Below, piece after piece: positions 56,462 through 63,035 of a DNA stretch of 64,000 bases. The stretch spans positions 145,544 through 209,543 of IMG/VR virus record IMGVR_UViG_3300042484_002457; one strand, written 5' to 3'. Position numbers and translations under genes: made by a program. Numbering within the stretch: the first letter of the stretch is position 1; each line of letters starts with the position of its first letter. The notes under the pieces are model-generated. The model did not search any database, had not been told where the DNA came from, and saw only the letters and a list, made by a program, of their open reading frames with translations.

Positions 56462-56497
56462 AGACAACTGCAAGCAAAACTCACACAAGGAAAAAAC

Positions 56498-57448
56498 ATG
56501 CAACCTAAATTAGTAAAATGGGTTTTGGCGCACGAGCCCATTGATATTTTTATCAAAGCCGCCGAAAAATTTACCGAAGTCATTGACAAGTTGGCCCCAG
56601 GTCAACTCAAAATAGAAGTTATGACTCTGAGCGAGTACGCAAATCGATACAACAACGGCAAAAAAATTACCAAGCACGATTTATTGCAATTAATGGAAGA
56701 CGATCTCATTGAGATGAGCCAGACATACAGTTATGTGTTAGGTAACAAATACGCACCTGACATGCATGTTGTAGACATGCCTTTTTTATTTCGTGACCAT
56801 GATCATGCTGCCAACGTATTTGAGGGCAAAATTGGTGCTAAGTTGTTAGACAGCTACGGTCATAATAGCAACTTACAAGGTTTAGCGTTTACATATTCGG
56901 GCGGTTTTAGAAATATTCCGTTTAGCAAAAATGTTGCAACACTAAACGACTTGGCCGGAGCTCGTGTGCGGGTGACTTCCAATCCAATTTGCGAAGCAAT
57001 TTTTGAAAGTATTGGTGCTACTCCGGTTACGTTTGATATTGAAGATTTGGCTGATCGCATGGAAGATGGAACTGTAGAAGGCGGCGAAAGCTCGTGGCCA
57101 CGCATTTATGCTTGCCGTCAAAACGAAGTAAGTAATGTAATTTTTGACACCGAACACAATCTGTTGACCACTAATATCATTGCCAACAAACAATGGATGC
57201 AAGGCTTGCCGGTTGAGTTACAAGCCAAAATTAAACAAGCCGCAATTGAAGCGGCACGCCATGAGCGTGACATTAGTGTTGCAGATGTCGAGCGTGTGGG
57301 ATCTCTTGCTCGTGCTGATGGCATTCGTGTTATCAAGTTTTCTGAAGAAGATCAAACTCACTTTAAGAAAGCAACAGAATCAGTTTACACCAAGTTTGAA
57401 GACTACTTTACACCAGGGTTGGTTGACAGCATTCGCACTTTACAGTAA
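56498..57448 (+). CDS. dctP: TRAP transporter DctP-family solute-binding protein, no signal peptide
   Basis: DMPFLFRD..HA, GFRNI, DLAGARVRV, VEGGES, H.L..NII.ANK.W..LP. Confidence 0.85.
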   Translation: MQPKLVKWVLAHEPIDIFIKAAEKFTEVIDKLAPGQLKIEVMTLSEYANRYNNGKKITKHDLLQLMEDDLIEMSQTYSYVLGNKYAPDMHVVDMPFLFRDHDHAANVFEGKIGAKLLDSYGHNSNLQGLAFTYSGGFRNIPFSKNVATLNDLAGARVRVTSNPICEAIFESIGATPVTFDIEDLADRMEDGTVEGGESSWPRIYACRQNEVSNVIFDTEHNLLTTNIIANKQWMQGLPVELQAKIKQAAIEAARHERDISVADVERVGSLARADGIRVIKFSEEDQTHFKKATESVYTKFEDYFTPGLVDSIRTLQ

Positions 57449-57467
57449 ACTACAGTTTATTGCTGTA

Positions 57468-57725
57468 TGAAGCAAAGAGAAAAGGATCCAAGACCCGGGG
57501 GCAGTTCCCGGCATCTCCACCTAAGTGTATGTTGTATATTTAGGTGGGGATGACATAGATATCGATTGGGTCAAGAGTAACAGAGTGGACAGCTCGGCAA
57601 TGTGAAAGCCGTAGGATTGGGGTCTCCCGGTCGTAGAAGCAAAAAACGTAAATGCAAACGACGAACAGTTCGCTTTAGCCGCCTAAACTCGGCTTAGGGT
57701 AGGAAATACCTCGTAACAGAAACCC
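57468..57725 (+). ncRNA. ssrA: circularly permuted (two-piece) tmRNA, tag ANDEQFALAA
   Basis: T-arm and acceptor 3' strand CATCTCC-ACC (57512-57521) precede 5' strand GGGGATG (57546-57552) with G3.U70; intervening hairpin; resume GCA 57654 to TAA 57686; 5' boundary approximate. Confidence 0.9.
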
Positions 57726-57727
57726 CC

Positions 57728-57755
57728 AAAAAGGGGCTTGGCCCCTTTTTCTTTT
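57728..57755 (+). terminator. intrinsic (bidirectional) terminator
   Basis: AAAAAGGGGC-TTG-GCCCCTTTTT. Confidence 0.85.
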
Positions 57756-57801
57756 TACACCTCTAGTAGAAATAAGTATGTGCCTGTATAGAAATCATCA
57801 A

Positions 57802-58683
57802 ATGAAAAAAATATTATTATCTTTGTTGGCAACGATTTGTGTGTCAGCATCTGCTGACACTGTTCCAACAGATTTTTCAGTCATTGCTCGACTACCAACC
57901 GGAGTATTACCCACACTGTGCCGCAGTGTTTTTGCGGCATACGCTCGGGAATACAAGAGCAACGTCAACATTGTTATCAAGCCCGGAGCTGATGGCATTT
58001 TGGCAGTAGAAGATGTGACGTCGTCGGATAAATTTACTGTGCTCTGTGCTTCATCAACTGAGCTGGTTTTTAACTTTTTTGAATACCCCCAACATGTAAA
58101 GATACACAGCGACCTACAACCGACAAATATTTTATCCACAACCATAGTGTCTTTTACATCTAGTCCCACAAGCAAGTATCAAAATCTAGTTGAATTGATT
58201 GCTGACAAAAAATCTATCACTGTGGGCTTTGCTGGCAGTGCTCACGGGTTCATTGCTAAAAAAATGTTCAACGAAAAACAACTGGTGCTAGTTCCTTTTA
58301 AAGCAGCACAACAGGCAATTCCGTCATTGCTAGACGGAACTCTTGATGTGTATCTGTCTGGCGGCGCATTTGAAGAACTGCACCGAGATGGCAAGCTTAA
58401 ACCAATGGGACATCTGCATGGTCGACCAACATCATTGGGTCCAGCACTGGATCAACATTTTTCCGAGGCATTAAAATTTCCTTCATTTGTTGCTCTGGCA
58501 ATTAGCAAAAAAACATCACCAGATGTTGCAAGAGAATTTAGCCGGCGCATTGCATTGATCATGAAAACACCCGAAGTACAACAAACAATTCAAGATCTCA
58601 ATGGTAACTATACGCCCAACACCCTACAACAGGCCACTGTGTTTGTAGAAAAAATAAAAACTGACGCTAAGAAAAGTTATTGA
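57802..58683 (+). CDS. Bug/TctC-family periplasmic solute-binding protein
   Basis: Signal peptide MKKILLSLLATICVSASA; KPGADGILA, GFAGSAH, VPFKAA...LLDGTLD. Confidence 0.75.
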   Translation: MKKILLSLLATICVSASADTVPTDFSVIARLPTGVLPTLCRSVFAAYAREYKSNVNIVIKPGADGILAVEDVTSSDKFTVLCASSTELVFNFFEYPQHVKIHSDLQPTNILSTTIVSFTSSPTSKYQNLVELIADKKSITVGFAGSAHGFIAKKMFNEKQLVLVPFKAAQQAIPSLLDGTLDVYLSGGAFEELHRDGKLKPMGHLHGRPTSLGPALDQHFSEALKFPSFVALAISKKTSPDVAREFSRRIALIMKTPEVQQTIQDLNGNYTPNTLQQATVFVEKIKTDAKKSY

Positions 58684-59822
58684 TGTTTGATTTTCAAAAT
58701 TTCGAAGACGGACCAAGGCCTACCCGACACGGATTTTACTGTGTAGGGGACAAAAAATTTTACTACAAAGCAAGTGCGTTAGTACATGCATCAACACAAA
58801 AATTGCCAGTGACCTGGGAGTTCAACAATGATGTATTTGCTGAGCAGGTGGCCAAACCAAGGTTGCCAATATCACTGCCAGAGCTGTATCGATTGCGATG
58901 CCAGCAAATAAGAGATCAGTATGACTATGTTATATTGGCCTACAGTGGAGGTGCCGACAGCAATACTATACTCCGGTCATTCCTTGACAACAACGTCAGA
59001 CTGGATGAAGTTTGGTTCGATCAACCGTTTGAGTTTATTGAAAAAAGCAACTATACTCCTACATTATCAACTGATCCTAGAAATCTAGTCAGTGAGTGGT
59101 TTTTTGTTGTCAAGCCAGACTTTGAACAACTGCAAGTATCAAATCCAGAAATAAAAATACACGTATCAGACGCATGTAAAGATCCCAGCATCGAAGACTA
59201 CGAAGATACTTTTCAGCATACATTTGCTTATACCTACAATGGCATCAAACGTTGGAGGTACATGAAAAATTACATTGAAAAATTACAAGAGCGCCACAAG
59301 AAAGTATGTGTTATTTTAGGAACTGACAAGTGCATTACTTTTTATCACCAAGGCAGCTATGGATTTTCTTTTAAGGACAGTCCCACAAATATCAAACACT
59401 CGTTTATTGAATATTTTTACTGGACACCTAGCATGCCAGAAATTGCAGTTCAGCAGGCCTACGAAGTTTGGGATCAGCTGCAACACAATACCAAGTTACT
59501 GGTACAAAAAAAGATGAGTCTCAAAAAAGACCCCAATGATTATATCCGTCGAGATCAGTACGATCAATTTATCAAATCAGTAATCTATCCAACCTGGGAC
59601 CCGAACAGACATCAAGTCGACAAGATGACAATATTTTTAGGCAAAGGCTTCAGTGTATTTGTTGATCGATGGTCGCAAGAACGTTTCTATCAAAGTTGGG
59701 CCAGCAACGTTCAACATACTTTTAAATCCATAGATCCTGCGATGTACACAAACGGGCGAGATCCAACAGATGATTTTAAATCGTTTGCGGTGAACTACAC
59801 GCTTGGTAAAAATTCCACATAA
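58683..59822 (+). CDS. PP-loop family protein (paralog 3)
   Basis: GFYCVG, RCQQIRDQYDYVILAYSGGADS, LDEV, EYFYWTP. Confidence 0.7.
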   Translation: MFDFQNFEDGPRPTRHGFYCVGDKKFYYKASALVHASTQKLPVTWEFNNDVFAEQVAKPRLPISLPELYRLRCQQIRDQYDYVILAYSGGADSNTILRSFLDNNVRLDEVWFDQPFEFIEKSNYTPTLSTDPRNLVSEWFFVVKPDFEQLQVSNPEIKIHVSDACKDPSIEDYEDTFQHTFAYTYNGIKRWRYMKNYIEKLQERHKKVCVILGTDKCITFYHQGSYGFSFKDSPTNIKHSFIEYFYWTPSMPEIAVQQAYEVWDQLQHNTKLLVQKKMSLKKDPNDYIRRDQYDQFIKSVIYPTWDPNRHQVDKMTIFLGKGFSVFVDRWSQERFYQSWASNVQHTFKSIDPAMYTNGRDPTDDFKSFAVNYTLGKNST

Positions 59823-59836
59823 AACCATCGTTTTCG

Positions 59837-59866
59837 TTGACTGAACCAACACTTGTACTATATACT
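59837..59866 (+). promoter_or_regulatory. sigma70-type promoter for porin
   Basis: TTGACT...TATACT; 5' hairpin AGTATGG/CCATACT; SD AAAAGGA. Confidence 0.6.
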
Positions 59867-59910
59867 TGAGTATGGGCATTTTGTACCATACTTTCAAAAG
59901 GAAATTTTAA

Positions 59911-60792
59911 ATGAAGAAAATTATAATTACAGCCGCTTTGTTGGCTACTTGCGCCCTGGCTTCTGCTCAGACCACTATGTACGGTCGTGTCAACGCCACT
60001 GTTGACAGCACTAAAACTGGTGCTATTCGTGCAGACAGCATTGTCAATGACATCAGTCACATTGGCTTCAGCGTCAAAGAAGACCTCGGAGGCGGATTGT
60101 CAGCTCGTGCTGTGATCGAAACCTCTGTGGCCACCCAAGACCCCACCACTGGTGGCAACACTCAATTGGGCAACCGCCAAAGCACAGTTGGCTTGGCCAG
60201 CAAGTTAGGCAGCATTGATGTTGGCCGCAACGTGCATGGTTTGTTTACCACAGCTGGACAAGGCGACGCTTTTGGTGCATTGTATGGCAGCATCGCTGGA
60301 GATGTTCATGACCTGCGTGGTCTGCGACTCAGCAACGGCGTGTTCGCTCGTGTCAACGGCCCATTGGGTACTACCTTGGGTGCTGATCGTACCTACACCG
60401 CTGCAGGCACAGAAACCACTGTTTACAGTGCAACTGGCAAATTAGGCCCTGTCAACGCTGGCGTGGCTCAATTTGAGCAAGGTGCCGAGAAATCAACTGT
60501 GGTCAGTGCCAGCACCAAGCTTGGCAACACTGGCGTGTTCTACAGCTACAGTGACAACCAAGGTGCTGTTGCTGCCAGAGGCAACCTAGTGGGCGTGAGC
60601 CAGAAAGTCGGTGCTTACACTGTGAAAGCTAGCTACGGTGATACCAACACAGCCGTCAAGGCTTACAACGTTGGCGCTGAGTATGCTCTCAGCAAGCGCA
60701 CTGACGTATTGGTCAGCTATCGCAACGTTGACAAGACTGGCACTGCCAATGACATCAAGCAAGTTGGCGTAGGTGTTACACATCGCTTCTGA
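59911..60792 (+). CDS. Gram-negative (betaproteobacterial-type) outer-membrane porin
   Basis: Signal peptide; TMYGRV, SHIGFSVKEDLGGGLSA, YALSKRT, C-terminal VGVTHRF. Confidence 0.9.
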   Translation: MKKIIITAALLATCALASAQTTMYGRVNATVDSTKTGAIRADSIVNDISHIGFSVKEDLGGGLSARAVIETSVATQDPTTGGNTQLGNRQSTVGLASKLGSIDVGRNVHGLFTTAGQGDAFGALYGSIAGDVHDLRGLRLSNGVFARVNGPLGTTLGADRTYTAAGTETTVYSATGKLGPVNAGVAQFEQGAEKSTVVSASTKLGNTGVFYSYSDNQGAVAARGNLVGVSQKVGAYTVKASYGDTNTAVKAYNVGAEYALSKRTDVLVSYRNVDKTGTANDIKQVGVGVTHRF

Positions 60793-60808
60793 TCCAAGCA
60801 ATGTAATC

Positions 60809-60835
60809 AAAAGGCACCAAATTGGTGCCTTTTTT
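60809..60835 (+). terminator. intrinsic terminator
   Basis: AAAAGGCACC-AAATT-GGTGCCTTTTTT. Confidence 0.85.
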
Positions 60836-60836
60836 G

Positions 60837-60865
60837 TTGACTTTTATTTCCAAGGCATATATACT
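60837..60865 (+). promoter_or_regulatory. sigma70-type promoter
   Basis: TTGACT-17-TATACT. Confidence 0.7.
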
Positions 60866-60871
60866 AACACT

Positions 60872-60967
60872 ATGATGCAAAACATCCTGTTCACGTTAGC
60901 CAGCATACTGTCATTGAGCAATGACCTCTATGCCTACGAGCGTGAAGATTCAGGAGGTCTTTGTTGA
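60872..60967 (+). CDS. possible leaderless 31 aa peptide
   Basis: MMQNILFTLASILSLSNDLYAYEREDSGGLC between own promoter and terminator. Confidence 0.4.
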   Translation: MMQNILFTLASILSLSNDLYAYEREDSGGLC

Positions 60968-60999
60968 ACTAGTATTACTTTAGTATTACATCAACAAAG

Positions 61000-61028
61000 A
61001 CCCTGCAACTAGCAGGGTTTTCCTTTTT
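61000..61028 (+). terminator. intrinsic terminator
   Basis: ACCCTGC-AACTA-GCAGGGT then T-rich run. Confidence 0.8.
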
Positions 61029-61032
61029 GTAG

Positions 61033-61061
61033 TTGACCAGTATTGCACTCAGTGTTATACT
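61033..61061 (+). promoter_or_regulatory. sigma70-type promoter
   Basis: TTGACC-17-TATACT. Confidence 0.75.
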
Positions 61062-61129
61062 AGTGGCTTAGTTGGGAAAGACGACAACTGCTCCGGAAAC
61101 GGTAGCACTGCTAAGAGACACAGCAGCAG

Positions 61130-61158
61130 TTGACAGATATTTCCAACAGTGTTATAAT
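61130..61158 (+). promoter_or_regulatory. sigma70-type promoter for tRNA operon
   Basis: TTGACA-17-TATAAT. Confidence 0.85.
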
Positions 61159-61243
61159 AAACACTTGCAGCAAACGATCGAGTAGCTGTGTAGAATTCCT
61201 TAAAAATTTACTTTTGTATAGTGATCCAGATTTAATTCTGGAC

Positions 61244-61332
61244 ACTATATGCAAACGCACTAGATCCCTTTTAGCATACGTTCGCCCGGCGCTCTTGTGT
61301 GTTAGATCCCTTTTAGTGCGTTTGCATATAGT
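61244..61332 (+). repeat. perfect 19 bp inverted repeat enclosing a 14 nt direct repeat
   Basis: ACTATATGCAAACGCACTA 61244-61262 / TAGTGCGTTTGCATATAGT 61314-61332; TAGATCCCTTTTAG at 61261 and 61303. Confidence 0.9.
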
Positions 61333-61341
61333 TGAAACTAT

Positions 61342-61426
61342 GCTCGAGTGGTGAAATCGGTAGACACAAGAGACTTAAAATCTCTCGCTGCAAGGTGTGC
61401 CGGTTCGATTCCGGCCTCGAGCACCA
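61342..61426 (+). tRNA. tRNA-Leu(TAA)
   Basis: GCTCGAG/CTCGAGC, AGAGA-CTTAAAA-TCTCT, long V arm, CCA. Confidence 0.95.
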
Positions 61427-61431
61427 AACAT

Positions 61432-61508
61432 GCCCTGGTGACGGAATTGGTATACGTGTTGGTCTTAGAAGCCAAATTTTGGGAGTTCGAGTCTCCCCTG
61501 GGGCACCA
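61432..61508 (+). tRNA. tRNA-Leu(TAG), short variable loop
   Basis: GCCCTGG/CTGGGGC, TTGGT-CTTAGAA-GCCAA, V loop ATTTT, CCA. Confidence 0.9.
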
Positions 61509-61517
61509 AGATACTAA

Positions 61518-61723
61518 GATGATACTTAGTAAGATGAGTAGATGGAAACCGACCCGGGAGAGACTTCCCGGGCTTCAGCAGCATCTGAGGTGGCTGACGA
61601 ACGATAGGCAAAGTCGGTCCAGTAGGGGTAAGAAAAGTATCATCAGCGGAAAGAGCTGCTGGAGGACAGAAGTTTGGGCACATCCTCGGAGGGGGTGGTT
61701 AGTCTTAACGCCGTGTAATCCTC
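61518..61723 (+). ncRNA. candidate structured ncRNA within tRNA cluster
   Basis: GATGATACTT/AAGTATCATC, ACCGAC/GTCGGT, CCCGGGA/TCCCGGG helices. Confidence 0.5.
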
Positions 61724-61734
61724 TAAGAATTTAT

Positions 61735-61809
61735 ACTGGGTTCGTCTATCGGTTAGGACAGCTGGTTTTCAACCAGCCAAGACGGGTTCGATTCCCGTAC
61801 CCAGTACCA
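61735..61809 (+). tRNA. tRNA-Glu(TTC)
   Basis: ACTGGGT/ACCCAGT, GCTGG-TTTTCAA-CCAGC, CCA. Confidence 0.9.
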
Positions 61810-61873
61810 AGTTTATGAGTTCGTCTAGAAACCGGTAAATTGTAGTTTGGTCTACAAGCTCGTAATTAATTTT

Positions 61874-61948
61874 GCCATAGTAGTCCTCGGGGAGGGCAAC
61901 GGATTGTCTATCCGTACCAGGTGGGTTCGAGTCCCATCTATGGCGCCA
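61874..61948 (+). tRNA. tRNA-Asp(GTC)
   Basis: GCCATAG/CTATGGC, ACGGA-TTGTCTA-TCCGT, G73, CCA. Confidence 0.9.
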
Positions 61949-61954
61949 ATATAT

Positions 61955-61994
61955 TCGAACTCTGCTAAATACTATGGTATTAGATGGAGTTCGA
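61955..61994 (+). promoter_or_regulatory. SD-sequestering hairpin with late promoter in the loop
   Basis: TCGAACTC 61955-61962 / GAGTTCGA 61987-61994 covers GGAG; TAAATA 61966-61971. Confidence 0.75.
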
Positions 61995-61995
61995 T

Positions 61996-62472
61996 ATGAA
62001 AAAAGTTTGTCCCAAATGCGGCACATTACATGAAAAGAATGGTAATTTTTGCTCAAGAAGTTGTGCAAATTCCAGGTCCTGGACTGTTGATGCAAAGCAG
62101 AAAAAAAGTAAAGCATTGAAGAAATTCATTGCAGAAAACCCAATCTGGGAGGAGCAGCGCCTTGCTGCTATGCCCAAAATGATTGAAAATTTGAAACAAA
62201 CTTTGCTTGAAAAAAACAACCTTAGGTTTTCTGAAGGAAAAATAACAAGCAGAGAAGCCATTAAGAAACAACTAATTGCATTACACGGAGAAATCTGTAG
62301 CGTATGCAGTCTTAGTGCTCATTGGCATGGGCACTTCTTATCGTTGCATGTTGATCATGTTGATGGTAATAGTAAAAATAATATGCCAGATAACGTTAGA
62401 CTACTGTGCCCAAATTGTCATAGTCAGACTGATACGTATGCTGGAAAGAAGCATAGAAAGATTAAGATCTAA
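61996..62472 (+). CDS. HNH endonuclease inserted in tRNA cluster
   Basis: CPKC...FCSRSCAN; CSVC...LHVDHVDGN..NN...NVRLLCPNCH. Confidence 0.9.
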   Translation: MKKVCPKCGTLHEKNGNFCSRSCANSRSWTVDAKQKKSKALKKFIAENPIWEEQRLAAMPKMIENLKQTLLEKNNLRFSEGKITSREAIKKQLIALHGEICSVCSLSAHWHGHFLSLHVDHVDGNSKNNMPDNVRLLCPNCHSQTDTYAGKKHRKIKI

Positions 62473-62562
62473 ATTAGATCCACCAGTTTTATAGGAGAGT
62501 CGCTGCGAAGCGAATTCTTAAACGACCCGTAGAACTCCCGGGCGTCCTGTAGTTAGTATTTT

Positions 62563-62648
62563 GGAGTCGTAGGAAAATTGGTAACCCCAGTGGACTGTAA
62601 ATCCGCCGCCCTAGTGCATTGCTGGTTCAACTCCAGCCGGCTCCACCA
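62563..62648 (+). tRNA. tRNA-Tyr(GTA)
   Basis: GGAGTCG/CGGCTCC, GTGGA-CTGTAAA-TCCGC, long V arm, CCA. Confidence 0.95.
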
Positions 62649-62653
62649 ATTTA

Positions 62654-62729
62654 GGTCTTAAAGTGTTCATGGACGCACGATGGCTTGTCACGCCATAAGA
62701 GTGGGGATCGTTACCCCCTAAGACCGCCA
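62654..62729 (+). tRNA. tRNA-Asp(GTC), second copy
   Basis: GGTCTTA/TAAGACC, ATGGC-TTGTCAC-GCCAT, T-loop ATCGTTA, CCA. Confidence 0.9.
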
Positions 62730-62732
62730 AGT

Positions 62733-62942
62733 TTTGAAAGTGTCAGCAAGTGAAGTCACGTTATGCAGTATTCTTCGAAGGTACTGAGTAATAGAAGGCA
62801 AGCGGGTTCGACTCCCGACCGATCGGAAGATCGGTGTAGCATGGTTACCACGCTGGATGAATCCCAAGTGACGTACCGAACCCCGTCCGGACTTGTTAAA
62901 TCGGGTGAATGGTGCCTATAACAGGGTGGCACTACTTTCAAA
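62733..62942 (+). ncRNA. candidate ~210 nt structured RNA with a T-arm-like element
   Basis: TTTGAAAGT/ACTTTCAAA closing stem, GTCAC/GTGAC, CAGTA/TACTG, CGGG-TTCGACT-CCCG, CCGATC-GGAA-GATCGG. Confidence 0.55.
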
Positions 62943-62951
62943 TTCAACAAT

Positions 62952-63029
62952 GGGCTGTGACTGTGTAAATGGCTAACAGCAACCAGTAACTCTGGTTGGT
63001 CAGCGGTTCGACTCCGCTACAGTCCACCA
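62952..63029 (+). tRNA. non-canonical tRNA: Ala-type acceptor (G3.U70) with AAC anticodon
   Basis: GGGCTGT/ACAGTCC-ACCA; AACCA-GTAACTC-TGGTT; AGCGG-TTCGACT-CCGCT. Confidence 0.75.
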
Positions 63030-63035
63030 ATTTTT

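Noticed and set aside
90-60810. Numerous antisense and alternate-frame ORFs of 60-276 aa (e.g. 24145-24975, 30803-31384)
   Set aside because: Shadows of well-supported genes on the other strand or frame; no motifs or ribosome-binding sites
61261-61316. Mini CRISPR array
   Set aside because: Only two 14 nt repeats inside an inverted repeat; no cas genes or further units anywhere in the window
61655-61690. RNase P RNA from GAGGACAGAAG
   Set aside because: Lacks GAGGAAAGUCC and AGAACCCGGCUUA conserved regions and P4
62476-62485. Relic tRNA 3' end (GATCCACCA) implying HNH insertion into a tRNA
   Set aside because: No T arm or matching 5' half; too short to distinguish from chance
62490-62552. 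HDV-like/theta ribozyme after the HNH gene
   Set aside because: Some pairing (ATAGGA/TCCTGT, GTCG/CGAC, CCCG/CGGG) but I could not build the nested double pseudoknot, and it does not abut a tRNA 3' end
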